Source: Candidatus Fermentithermobacillaceae bacterium (lineage in GTDB: Bacteria > Bacillota > Sulfobacillia > Fermentithermobacillales > DUSS01). From it: 64,000 nucleotides of DNA. Of the stretch, positions 38,594 through 47,840 are shown in pieces; the stretch's first letter is position 1, and each line of letters begins with the position of its first letter. The notes beneath the pieces are model-generated. The model made no database searches. It was given only the letters and a program-made list of their open reading frames with translations, and was not told the DNA's origin. Made by a program: the position numbers and the translations under genes. The stretch covers positions 2,863 to 66,862 of the forward strand of contig DYEQ01000030.1 in assembly GCA_020725645.1 (NCBI GenBank), in the 5' to 3' direction.

Positions 38594-39388
38594 CTAGAGC
38601 TGCTTAAGGGCCGAATCCACCGAGCTTCCCCCGTGGACGATCTCCGCTATTGCCGCAACTATCCTGTCGGGATGTTCGTGCTGCCACAAATTCCGGCCCA
38701 TGCATACGCCGGCCGCCCCACCTTCCAGAGCGCCGCTCACGGTCTCAAGAAGAGCTTTATCGCTGTCCATTTTGGGCCCGCCGAGCACGAGGATGGGGAC
38801 GTAACAGGTACGCGCCACCTTCTCCATTCCCCACGGGGAACCCGGGTAACTCGTCTTGATGAAGTCTGCTCCCAGCTCCGCTGCTACACGGCAAGCTACC
38901 GCTACGGCATCCTCGGGGGCCATCGACTTCGCTTTTTCTCCCCTTGGAAGCGCTTCGACGAGGAAGGGAACCTGGAGTTTCTGGCATTCTTCGCTTAAGG
39001 AAGCGACGTAACTCCAGTGACCGTATTCATCCGGTGCGCCCGCGAATCCCATGCTGCACACCGCATCGGCCCCAAGAGTCAACGCCATCGAGGGTCCGAA
39101 CAGCTTGCCGAACCCTCCTCCGCTCCCCAGAGCGGTACTGCCGCCATCGACGCGAAGGATCACCCCGGCGCGACCAAACTGCGAGCCGTACCGGGTGATG
39201 ACTCCCGGCGTCGTCATGATGGCATCGACACCGCCCTTAACTAGCTTCTCTATGGCGTCGCCCGGGTTCTCGATCCCCGGGAGAGGTCCCATCCCGGAAG
39301 CGTGATCCAGGGCCACCACCACAGCCCGCCCGTCCTCCCTGAAGATCTTGTTCAACCGCAACGTCTTGCCGCCAACCATGAACCCCAT
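38594..39388 (-). CDS. class I aldolase, DhnA/LsrF family
   Basis: VALDH, RVAAELGADFIKTSY (Schiff-base Lys), LGGPK and GRNLWQ. Confidence 0.9.
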   Translation of the reverse strand: MGFMVGGKTLRLNKIFREDGRAVVVALDHASGMGPLPGIENPGDAIEKLVKGGVDAIMTTPGVITRYGSQFGRAGVILRVDGGSTALGSGGGFGKLFGPSMALTLGADAVCSMGFAGAPDEYGHWSYVASLSEECQKLQVPFLVEALPRGEKAKSMAPEDAVAVACRVAAELGADFIKTSYPGSPWGMEKVARTCYVPILVLGGPKMDSDKALLETVSGALEGGAAGVCMGRNLWQHEHPDRIVAAIAEIVHGGSSVDSALKQL

Positions 39389-39418
39389 ACTCTCCCTTCG
39401 TAAGGTTTTCGAAACCGC

Positions 39419-41077
39419 CTACGCCAGGAATCCAAAATACGCGCCGAGCACCGCAAAAGCCATCAACGCCAGGGTGATCCACAGTGCGGAAACACCCTTC
39501 TTCAGCAGCCAGTAGATGACGAAGACCAGCGCGAGCTCGGGAAGCTTCGGCATGAACCCGTCCAAAATCTTCTGCAGTTCGATAACCTGGCCTCCTGCGG
39601 TATAAGACACTTTGAACGCGACCTTGGAGAGCTTGGCCACCATGGTGCCGGCGACGACGAGGCCCGTTATTTTCGCTCCTTCGGCAATCCTGTCGATGAG
39701 ACCGCCCGCCCGCAGCTGGGTAAGGACATTAACACCGAGCCTGTAACCGTAATCCAGTAGATACCAGATAGCCCCTGCGTACATCAGCAGGAGAAGAACG
39801 ATGGAAAGCCACAGGCCGAAGGAGTTCCCCGCCTGCACCATAGCAGAACCGAGCGCCAATATTATCGGGGCCAGGGTGGCGTGGAAAATCGAATCACCTA
39901 TTCCCGCGAGGGGCCCCATCGTGGCTACCTTGATGCTCTGTACGGTTTCTGCTGTAACCCGCTGCGGATCTTCCGCATGCTCCTCCTCCAAGGCTACGAC
40001 CATTCCGGGGATTACTGCGCCGGCGTGAACATTCGTGTTCCAGAACGTCATATGCCTGGACAACGCCTCAGCTCTGTCCTTCCTGTCCGGGTAAAGCCTT
40101 CTGATGACCGGAACCATCTGATAGGCAAAGCCCCATCCCCCGAGAACGTCCCAGGAGGCCACGTTGAACCAGCAGGTGTTCCGCCACCAGAGAGAGACCC
40201 TCTCCGAAAGGGAAAGCTGCCTCCCACCAGAACCACCCACCTGGGCGCCGGCGGACTCCAGCACCATCTCCTCCCCAGCCTCACGCCCCTTCAGGGTCTC
40301 GACGAATATGGCCAGGCAAACGGCAATTGCCGCCATGGCCAGAGGAGGAACGTTAGCGAGAGTGCCTACGATGAAACCGGCGATGAAAAGCACAGTGAGG
40401 CTACCGGGGACCATGGTATAAAGAAGCAGCGCAAACCCGAGAAGCGGCAAGATACCTCCCAGTTTGCCCAGCCCCGCAGTGAGCCACGCCGGAAAGGCCT
40501 GAACCACTTTCTGAACAAGCCCCGTTCCGAAATAGACGCCCAGGAAGGCCGGAGTGCAGTTGATGAGCACCATCAGCGGCTGGAGAAGGGCGTTTGTAAA
40601 CTCGACTTTCTTTATATCCCCGTCCGCCGCGGCCTTCGCGCCAATTTGATAGAAGAAGGAGTTCCATGTCAGACACGCCATCATTAGCATCTGGGAAAGC
40701 ACGGCCACCGGCAAAACAAAGGCGACCGCCTCACCCACGCTGGCCCCAGCCCGGCTTACGAAGACTACGCCCAGCGCCGTGGCGACCAGCGGGTTTGGCG
40801 GAATGGAGGCGCCCACCACGAAAACGCCCAGGAACATGAGCTGAACGACGGCGCCAACCTCGAGCCCGGTTTTGAAGTCCCCTATCAAGAGGCCCGTAAG
40901 GGCGCCGACGATGAGCGGTCGCTGCATGATGTTCCTAATGTTGTGTATGATCCCGAGGATGATGCCTTCGGCGGTGGACTCCTTTTGCCTGGAAGCTATA
41001 AGGAGCTGAATCGGCCAGCCGCTTAGCAGGTACCATCCGCCTGTAGTTAAAAACGCCGCAATCGCAGGCCACAACAT
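39419..41077 (-). CDS. mannose-family PTS, fused IIC-IID permease
   Basis: IIC motifs RPLIVGALTG and VGASIPPN, followed by IID motifs RHMTFWNT and MGPLAGIGDSIF. Confidence 0.88.
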   Translation of the reverse strand: MLWPAIAAFLTTGGWYLLSGWPIQLLIASRQKESTAEGIILGIIHNIRNIMQRPLIVGALTGLLIGDFKTGLEVGAVVQLMFLGVFVVGASIPPNPLVATALGVVFVSRAGASVGEAVAFVLPVAVLSQMLMMACLTWNSFFYQIGAKAAADGDIKKVEFTNALLQPLMVLINCTPAFLGVYFGTGLVQKVVQAFPAWLTAGLGKLGGILPLLGFALLLYTMVPGSLTVLFIAGFIVGTLANVPPLAMAAIAVCLAIFVETLKGREAGEEMVLESAGAQVGGSGGRQLSLSERVSLWWRNTCWFNVASWDVLGGWGFAYQMVPVIRRLYPDRKDRAEALSRHMTFWNTNVHAGAVIPGMVVALEEEHAEDPQRVTAETVQSIKVATMGPLAGIGDSIFHATLAPIILALGSAMVQAGNSFGLWLSIVLLLLMYAGAIWYLLDYGYRLGVNVLTQLRAGGLIDRIAEGAKITGLVVAGTMVAKLSKVAFKVSYTAGGQVIELQKILDGFMPKLPELALVFVIYWLLKKGVSALWITLALMAFAVLGAYFGFLA

Positions 41078-41080
41078 CCT

Positions 41081-41602
41081 TCATTTTCCCTCCCATTTCC
41101 CTTTGATGAGTTCCATGACGTCCACCGGCCGGTCCTGAGGGACCACCCGGATCTCGCATTTCACCCCGTTGGCATCGAGTGCCCTGAAAGCTTCGATATC
41201 CTCTTCCCCCACCGAGACGGACTTGAAGATCTGCTTGCGTCCCTTGGCCCCTTGCATGTTTCCGATGCCACCGATGTTGCCCACGTTGATCGCGGCGACG
41301 GAAACCCCGCTTTTCACTAATTCCAGGGCCTCTTTAGGCGACGTACATAACACCATGACTTTCTCGTTGGGAGAAGAGAGGGGACCCTTTAGAAGCTCGC
41401 TCGCTCGCGCGAGATCTGCCACCTCCGTGACTACTCCCTTAGGAGCGGCCAGCTTGACCACCATCTTCCTGAGCTCGTCTTTTGCCACATCATCGCTGGC
41501 GATCAGGATTCGCCGCGCCCCACACGACGAAAGCCAGGCCGTGGTCACCTGCCCGTGAATCAGCCTGTCATCGATCCTGAGCAAAGCTAGCGCCAATGCC
41601 AT
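41081..41602 (-). CDS. mannose-family PTS IIB component
   Basis: RIDDRLIHGQV and INVGN. Confidence 0.92.
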   Translation of the reverse strand: MALALALLRIDDRLIHGQVTTAWLSSCGARRILIASDDVAKDELRKMVVKLAAPKGVVTEVADLARASELLKGPLSSPNEKVMVLCTSPKEALELVKSGVSVAAINVGNIGGIGNMQGAKGRKQIFKSVSVGEEDIEAFRALDANGVKCEIRVVPQDRPVDVMELIKGKWEGK

Positions 41603-41857
41603 CCCCCCCGAGAGTGCTCCATCCAAGACCGGATTTCTCGAGATGTTCGCTTCACCCCCCCACACTCCCGACACCGAAAACGGAACTGCCGGTGGAATCC
41701 TCGCTGACGTTCCGCTGAACCGCCTTAGACTCCCGCGGTGCCGGAGTCGTAGGTCCTCTCGTGTCCCGGCGCAGTCACCTCCCGAACCCCAGAACGCACA
41801 GGCCGTCGGCACCTCAACAGTGCTCTGTCCCTGGGCGTACAGAGGAACTGTAGAACC

Positions 41858-41973
41858 TGCACATCTGTGCATGCCATTTGTGCACAATAAGCTTTCGACG
41901 CAACTCGTCAAAATCCTTCTCAGTGAAGGGAATTTCGGCAATTGTAGCGAACGACATTGTGAAAACATGTGCA
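41858..41973. promoter_or_regulatory. candidate operators of the SorC-family regulator
   Basis: TGCACA-tc-TGTGCA (41858-41871) plus partial copies ending in TGTGCA at 41871-41884 and 41960-41973. Confidence 0.55.
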
Positions 41974-42007
41974 CGGAATGATAACGTCACGAAAGGAAGG
42001 TGCGTTG

Positions 42008-43042
42008 ATGAAGCAGCCACAACCAAGACCTGCCTTCACAAAGGATGAGATAGCCCTCATGGTGGCGGTGGCGGAGCTGTACCATACTCATCACAAGACG
42101 CAACAGGAAATCGCGCGCACCTTGGGCACCTCCAGGTCAAAGGTGTCCCGACTCCTGTCCAAGGCCGAAAAGGCAGGCATCGTTGAGGTGACGGTCAGAA
42201 ACCCGTACTCCAAAGCCGACAGCCTTTCCCAAGACCTCGCCCGCGTTTTCGGACTGGAAAAGGCCGTTGTAGTGCCGATGATCGCCGACAATCAAGAAGT
42301 CATCGCCCCGGTGCTGGGACGGGCGGCAGCTCAGTACATTTTGTCCCGTATGCCCAGGTCTACCGTGGTAGGCGTAGGAAGAGGCAGGTCAGTGAATGCG
42401 ACGGTCGAACAGCTCGCCCGCAACGTTCAGCTTTCGCCGGTCGCAGTTCCCTTGGCAGGGGGAATGGGAGCGCAGGATATGGCTTTCCCGGCTTCTGAGA
42501 ACGCACGGCGGTTGGCCGAGTATCTCGGCGGCTTGTGCACCTTCATCTATGCGCCAGCCCTGGTCCGAAACAAACGCATCAAGGAGTCGATACTTTCGGA
42601 AGACCAATCCAGAGAGGCCGTGCAGCTCTGGAACAAGCTGGACTGGGTCCTTACGGGAATCGGGACCATCCCCCCCTCTCATGGAGGTCCAGACAAATGG
42701 TTCCAGAAAGTCCTGGACAACTTCGTGAGAGAGATGAACGAGGTTCCCGTGGCCGACCTTTGCTCCTGGTTTATCCTCGGGGACGGCAGAATTCCCGTCA
42801 CGTCTCGGGCGTCGTGTCTTATCGGCGCCACTCCGGAGCAGATAAGGCGGGCGTCGGTTCGGCTGGCGGTGGCCGGCGGACTGCGGAAAGTCGAAGCCAT
42901 ACTGGGTGCCCTGCGCACAGGACTGATAACGGTCCTCGTAACAGACGAAAGGACCGCCGAAGCCGTCCTATCGTTGAACGAGAAGGATCACAAAAGGGAA
43001 AGCACGGACAAGATGAGCGAGTCCGCTCCGGGTTCCACCTAA
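42008..43042 (+). CDS. SorC/LsrR-family sugar-binding transcriptional regulator
   Basis: TQQEIARTLGTSRSKVSRLL helix-turn-helix; VAGG..K.EAILGALR and LVTDERTA. Confidence 0.92.
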   Translation: MKQPQPRPAFTKDEIALMVAVAELYHTHHKTQQEIARTLGTSRSKVSRLLSKAEKAGIVEVTVRNPYSKADSLSQDLARVFGLEKAVVVPMIADNQEVIAPVLGRAAAQYILSRMPRSTVVGVGRGRSVNATVEQLARNVQLSPVAVPLAGGMGAQDMAFPASENARRLAEYLGGLCTFIYAPALVRNKRIKESILSEDQSREAVQLWNKLDWVLTGIGTIPPSHGGPDKWFQKVLDNFVREMNEVPVADLCSWFILGDGRIPVTSRASCLIGATPEQIRRASVRLAVAGGLRKVEAILGALRTGLITVLVTDERTAEAVLSLNEKDHKRESTDKMSESAPGST

Positions 43043-43161
43043 GAAAGGTCATGAGAGCCTCCCGACCGCTTCGTCGGACCTAGCTGCGAGAAGCAAAAAG
43101 CTTGGCGGATGCTCGCGGGTTGCCGACGGGCGGAAGGTCGACGCATCCTCGGAAACCTCGT

Positions 43162-44640
43162 TCAGATGATTATGCAGATGAGCCCACCGGAACCTTCGTT
43201 GACTACCTTGCCCAGGGCTTCCTGTATCTTCTGTTTGGCGTTTTCGGGCATCCGCTCGATCTTTGCGGATATCCCTTCCTTAACGACTTCATGGAGAGGC
43301 TTTCCAAAGATATCCGTTGACCAGATCTTGCCCGGATTGTCTTCGAACTTCTCCATGAGGTAGTTGACGAGCTCCTCGCCCTGCTCCTCCGAACCTATAA
43401 GGGGGCTCACCGACGTCTCCACTTCCGTTTTGATGATATGAATAGCCGGTGCTCTCGCTCTGAGCCTGACGCCGTAGTTCCGACCCTGCTTGATAACTTC
43501 GGGTTCGTCGAAGATCATATCGGTGATGAGCGGCTCGACGACCCCATATCCGGTTTCCTCAGCTTCTTTCAATGCGAGCGACATCTTTTCAAAGGTCTTT
43601 CTGGTTTCGGCGTAGTCCTGGAGCATCGTTATGAGATCCGCCTTGTCAGCTATGTCCATGCCCGCTCTCTCGCTGAGTACTCTAAGGAAAGACTCATCGG
43701 TAGCTTCCATCTTAATGAAGGCGTTCCCCTGCCCCATGTCTACCCTCTCTACGGCGACGCCGGCTGCATATTCCCAGCTCCGAAGGTCTTCGACGCATCT
43801 GTCGATGTCCCGGACTCTCTTCACCGACTCCACGGCTTGCCGGATCTTGTTCTCCGCGGCTGACCTCAACCAGTGGTGAGCTTCGAGCACCTGTATCCAC
43901 CTGGGGATCGACACCGTAACCTGTTTCACCGGGAATTCGTAGAGAACTTGCTCCATGATGAGAACGATATCTTCGTGGTTCAGCTCCAGGCAGTTCACCG
44001 GTATTACCGGTACTCCGTATTCCCCTTCCATCTCGGACGCCAGTTCCGACGTGACTTCGGAGTAAGGGTCCTTCGAATTCAGCACTATTACGAAGGGTTT
44101 TCCGATTTCCGCGAGCTCTTTGACCGCGCGACGCTCCGGCTCAACGTAGTTGGCCCTAGGGATATCCACGATACTGCCGTCGGTCGTCACGATGATTCCG
44201 ATCGTAGAGTGGTCTTCTATGACCTTCCGGGTACCTACGTCGGCAGCTTCCTGGAACGGTATGGGTTCTTCGAACCACGGAGTTCTCACCATCCGCGGGC
44301 CCCTCTCGTCCTCGTAGCCCTGAGCACCCACCACCGGGTAACCGGTGCAATCGATCATCCTCACCCTCAAGCTGAGATTGTCCTTCAGGTCTATGGCCAC
44401 GCCCTCATCCGGAACGAACTTGGGCTCCACCGTCATGATGGTTTTTCCTCCACCGGCCTGAGGCAACGCATCCCGCGTCCTTTGTCTGTCGTATTCTCCG
44501 GTTATGTTGGGCAGTACGAAAACCTTCATGAACTCCCGGATAAATGTGGATTTACCCGTCCGCATGGGTCCGACAACGCCGATGTATATGTCCCCGCGGG
44601 TGCGCTCGGCAATATCCCTGAATATATCGAATTTCTCCAC
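43162..44640 (-). CDS. spoIVA: stage IV sporulation protein A
   Basis: DIAERT.GDIYIGVVGP.RTGKSTFI and C-terminal NEGSGGLICIII; 492 aa. Confidence 0.97.
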   Translation of the reverse strand: MEKFDIFRDIAERTRGDIYIGVVGPMRTGKSTFIREFMKVFVLPNITGEYDRQRTRDALPQAGGGKTIMTVEPKFVPDEGVAIDLKDNLSLRVRMIDCTGYPVVGAQGYEDERGPRMVRTPWFEEPIPFQEAADVGTRKVIEDHSTIGIIVTTDGSIVDIPRANYVEPERRAVKELAEIGKPFVIVLNSKDPYSEVTSELASEMEGEYGVPVIPVNCLELNHEDIVLIMEQVLYEFPVKQVTVSIPRWIQVLEAHHWLRSAAENKIRQAVESVKRVRDIDRCVEDLRSWEYAAGVAVERVDMGQGNAFIKMEATDESFLRVLSERAGMDIADKADLITMLQDYAETRKTFEKMSLALKEAEETGYGVVEPLITDMIFDEPEVIKQGRNYGVRLRARAPAIHIIKTEVETSVSPLIGSEEQGEELVNYLMEKFEDNPGKIWSTDIFGKPLHEVVKEGISAKIERMPENAKQKIQEALGKVVNEGSGGLICIII

Positions 44641-44670
44641 CGCGCTCTCCCTCCTTGCAGGTCTATGTAA

Positions 44671-44698
44671 TCTATATGCCAAGCTCCGCGGGAAATTA
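44671..44698 (-). promoter_or_regulatory. putative sigmaE promoter of spoIVA
   Basis: TAATTT-N14-CATATAGA; spoIVA is sigmaE-dependent in model spore formers. Confidence 0.55.
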
Positions 44699-44733
44699 CC
44701 GGAATACATCACGCGCAGCCCGTGGTTTGCTGC

Positions 44734-44813
44734 GGGTAGCTTTCAACCGGGATAACTTTCAATTGGGGTGAGTTTGAATTAGGGTAAGTTTCAACCGGGG
44801 TAACTTTCAACTC
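44734..44813. repeat. 5 x 16-bp tandem repeat, consensus GGGTAASTTTCAAYYG
   Basis: Units start at 44734, 44750, 44766, 44782 and 44798. Confidence 0.9.
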
Positions 44814-45834
44814 AAACGCGCCACGGAGAAACCGAAAACTCCGACTCCTCTCTCTTCTCCCTGGCCATAATGAGGAAAACGCCGTCCCTGACCGGAAGGC
44901 CCTGGTAAAGGATGCTGTACAGTACGTCATTGATGGGCATGCGCACGCCGTACTTTTGAGAGAGAGCCTTCGCAGCTTTGACCGTCTCCACCCCCTCCAC
45001 GGTGTAGCTGGTCCTTCGCAAAAACTCCTCCAGACGCTCGCCCTTTCCCACGGCGATGCCTGCCTGGCGGTTTCTTGAGAGATCCGAGGTGGCGGTGAGA
45101 ACGACATCGCCGAGGCCGGAGAGTCCCGCAAAGGTCAAGGGATCAGCCCCGAGGGCCACTCCCAGGCGGGTGATCTCGGCGATGCCCCTGGAGATGATGC
45201 CCGCTTGGGCGTTGTGGCCGAGCTCCATTCCCTCCACCATGCCACAGGCAAGCGCAATTATGTTTTTAAGGGCTCCACCGAGTTCCACTCCTTTGACGTC
45301 CCAGTGGGTATATACCCGGAAATACGGAGTCATGAAGGCTTCCTGAGCTTTTTCGGCACACTCCCTGCGCTCGGCAGCGACGACGGTGGCTGCAGGCAGC
45401 TTTCGCGCTACTTCGATGGCGAAATTTGGACCGGATAACACGACAATATGATTCCTAAGGTCGGGTCGTTTTTTAGACCATAACGCAGACGGTCTTTCCA
45501 AAGTCGCACCGTCAAACCCCTTTGTGGCCGTTACGAGGAGAGCATCCCGGGGAATCAGCCCTCCCAGGTCCTCCACCACCGTATGGAGCGCCTTGGATGG
45601 GATAGCTGAGACGATCACATCGGCGCCTGCCAGCGCGGCAGAGGCGTCGCCCGTGAATTCCACGTTTTCCGGGACCAGGATACCCGGTAGCCGGGGTGAT
45701 GAACGGTTTTCCGAGGCCTCCCGGGCGGTTTTTTCATTTCTAGCCCACAGAAGGACGGAAAACCCCCGGTCGGCCAGGACGATCCCCAGCGCTGTACCCC
45801 AGGCTCCTGCTCCCAGAACACAAGCTTTTCTCAC
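44812..45834 (-). CDS. gpsA: NAD(P)H-dependent glycerol-3-phosphate dehydrogenase
   Basis: GAGAWGTAL, ATKG, SGPNFA, GGALKNI and GLGD....SRN. Confidence 0.95.
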   Translation of the reverse strand: MRKACVLGAGAWGTALGIVLADRGFSVLLWARNEKTAREASENRSSPRLPGILVPENVEFTGDASAALAGADVIVSAIPSKALHTVVEDLGGLIPRDALLVTATKGFDGATLERPSALWSKKRPDLRNHIVVLSGPNFAIEVARKLPAATVVAAERRECAEKAQEAFMTPYFRVYTHWDVKGVELGGALKNIIALACGMVEGMELGHNAQAGIISRGIAEITRLGVALGADPLTFAGLSGLGDVVLTATSDLSRNRQAGIAVGKGERLEEFLRRTSYTVEGVETVKAAKALSQKYGVRMPINDVLYSILYQGLPVRDGVFLIMAREKREESEFSVSPWRV

Positions 45835-45880
45835 GATGTGCCTCTCCCTATCCGGTTACTTTTGAAGACTCGGTCTTTTC

Positions 45881-46537
45881 TCACTTGCTGCGCTTACCGG
45901 CTGAATTTCCGAGCTTGCGTTCAGTACCTGAAATGAGTCTCCTTATATTGTCCTTGTGTCTTACGGTAATGAGAATACAAAACACGGCGATGGCGATTCT
46001 GTCGAATGAATCATATCGAAAGGAAAACAGGGTCGCTCCAAAGGCTGCCCAGGAAGCTATAAGACTTCCCAGAGAAACGTACCTGGATATTAGCACCGTG
46101 AGAGCGAAGACGGCGGTGGCGAACAAAGCGAGGCCGGGATACAGCGCCACGAGCACTCCAAAGCTCGCCGCGACGCCTTTGCCCCCCTTGAACCGGAGAA
46201 AGATGGGCCAGTTGTGGCCGGCCACCGCCAAAAGTCCCGTGAGGAGACCACCCATCCTGCCCCACGGAAGGTAAACCAGGCCGAGACAAGCTCCGAAAGC
46301 TCCTTTTGACGCGTCCAACACCAGGACCAGGGCACCCCAAGACGGCCCCAACACCCGCATGACGTTGGTGGCCCCTATGTTTCCGCTGCCCCGTAGTCTT
46401 ATGTCCTCCACCCCGCGGAACCTCGCCACGAGATAACCGAAGGGTAAAGCTCCCGCTAGATACGCAAGAAAACACACCCCTGCAATTGACAGAAAGCCTC
46501 CGGCCGGACAAACCCGGGGTAGAGCCGGCATCTCCAA
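45881..46537 (-). CDS. plsY: glycerol-3-phosphate acyltransferase; start uncertain
   Basis: GSGNIGATNV.R, GHNWPIFL.FKGGKGVA and RHKDNIRRL. Confidence 0.93.
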   Translation of the reverse strand: MEMPALPRVCPAGGFLSIAGVCFLAYLAGALPFGYLVARFRGVEDIRLRGSGNIGATNVMRVLGPSWGALVLVLDASKGAFGACLGLVYLPWGRMGGLLTGLLAVAGHNWPIFLRFKGGKGVAASFGVLVALYPGLALFATAVFALTVLISRYVSLGSLIASWAAFGATLFSFRYDSFDRIAIAVFCILITVRHKDNIRRLISGTERKLGNSAGKRSK

Positions 46538-46542
46538 ACCGA

Positions 46543-47838
46543 TCACCTCTGTTCAAAAACGATGGGACTTCCCTCGAATCCGAAAGAACCCCGGAACCTG
46601 CCTTCGAGGTAGCGCAGGTAGGACTCGGGGATTCTCCCATCTCCTCTTGTAAAGAGAACCACCCTAGGAGGTCTCACGTCAACCTGAGTTCCGTAAAGTA
46701 TCTTCACCTTCCGCGGGGGAGGCATGATCTCGCAAGCTTCGCGAAGGACGTCGTTAATCAGGGAGGTTTCGATCCTCCGCGAATATGCGCGGTAGGCAGC
46801 TCTCACCGCCGGCAATACGTCCCCCACACCTTCGCCCGTGAGACAGGAGACGAACAGCACCCTGGAATAGGCTATGGGATAAAGCACGCTCCTCACCACT
46901 TCGGAGAACTTCTTTCTGGAAGCTCCCGCCAGGATACCAAGATCCACTTTGTTCACCACTATCACGGAAGCTTTTTGCGACCTCAGAACGTACCCGGCGA
47001 TCCTCCTGTCCTGGGAGACGGGCATCTCGTTGGCGGACACCATCACCACGACACAATCAGACTTCTTGACCGCCGCCAGGGATCTCCACACGGAAAGCTT
47101 CTCGAGGTCCTTTTCCACCCTTGCGGGTCTTCTCAAACCGGCCGTGTCTATCAACACGTAGGGTTCTCCATCGTACAAAAGAGGCGTATCCACGGCATCT
47201 ACGGTGGTACCCGGCACCGGCGCCACCGTCATGCGCTCCTGACCCAGGAGGGCGTTCACCAGGGACGACTTTCCGACGTTGGGCTTTCCAATTATCGCCA
47301 CTCGCACCACGTCTTCCGCAGATGCCTTTTCGAGGGAAGGCGTCCCCACATCCTGTACGATCCGGTCCATGAGTTCCGCGACGCCCAAACCGTGAAGGGC
47401 GGACACCGGAAACACCTCGGAAAACCCAAGCGCGTAGAATTCAAGCGCTCTCTCCTCGTGCCGGGGAACGTCGCACTTATTTACCGCCACCAGTACGCTT
47501 TTCCCGGATTCCCGAAGAATCTGGGCGACATCCTGGTCCACCGGAGTAACCCCTTGAGAGCCGTCAGCGACGAATATGAGCTCATCGGCCTCGGCTATGG
47601 CCGCCTTGACCTGTTTGGAGATGGCCGCTGTAAGATCGTCCTCCGCACACGGCAGAAGTCCGCCTGTATCCACCAGGCGGAACTTCTTGCCCGTCCACTC
47701 GACCTCGGCATAAAGCCTGTCTCTGGTGACACCCGTCTCCGAATGGACTATGGACCGGTTTGACCGGGCCATCCGGTTAAAGAGAGCTGATTTCCCTACG
47801 TTGGGTCTGCCGACTATGGCGACGGTCTTAAGAGCCAT
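46543..47838 (-). CDS. der: ribosome biogenesis GTPase Der (EngA)
   Basis: Two G domains (GRPNVGKS, GKPNVGKSS) plus a KH-like C-terminus. Confidence 0.96.
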   Translation of the reverse strand: MALKTVAIVGRPNVGKSALFNRMARSNRSIVHSETGVTRDRLYAEVEWTGKKFRLVDTGGLLPCAEDDLTAAISKQVKAAIAEADELIFVADGSQGVTPVDQDVAQILRESGKSVLVAVNKCDVPRHEERALEFYALGFSEVFPVSALHGLGVAELMDRIVQDVGTPSLEKASAEDVVRVAIIGKPNVGKSSLVNALLGQERMTVAPVPGTTVDAVDTPLLYDGEPYVLIDTAGLRRPARVEKDLEKLSVWRSLAAVKKSDCVVVMVSANEMPVSQDRRIAGYVLRSQKASVIVVNKVDLGILAGASRKKFSEVVRSVLYPIAYSRVLFVSCLTGEGVGDVLPAVRAAYRAYSRRIETSLINDVLREACEIMPPPRKVKILYGTQVDVRPPRVVLFTRGDGRIPESYLRYLEGRFRGSFGFEGSPIVFEQR

Positions 47839-47840
47839 CC

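Noticed and set aside
41960..41973. CcpA cre site
   Set aside because: It lacks the central CG and fits the local TGTGCA motif better
41603..41974. PTS IIA domain fused ahead of IIB
   Set aside because: No IIA motifs, and the region holds the divergent promoter
44734..44813. CRISPR array for the orphan cas6
   Set aside because: The 16-bp units abut with no spacers
46486..47763. 425-aa plus-strand ORF
   Set aside because: Antisense shadow of der with no recognisable motifs
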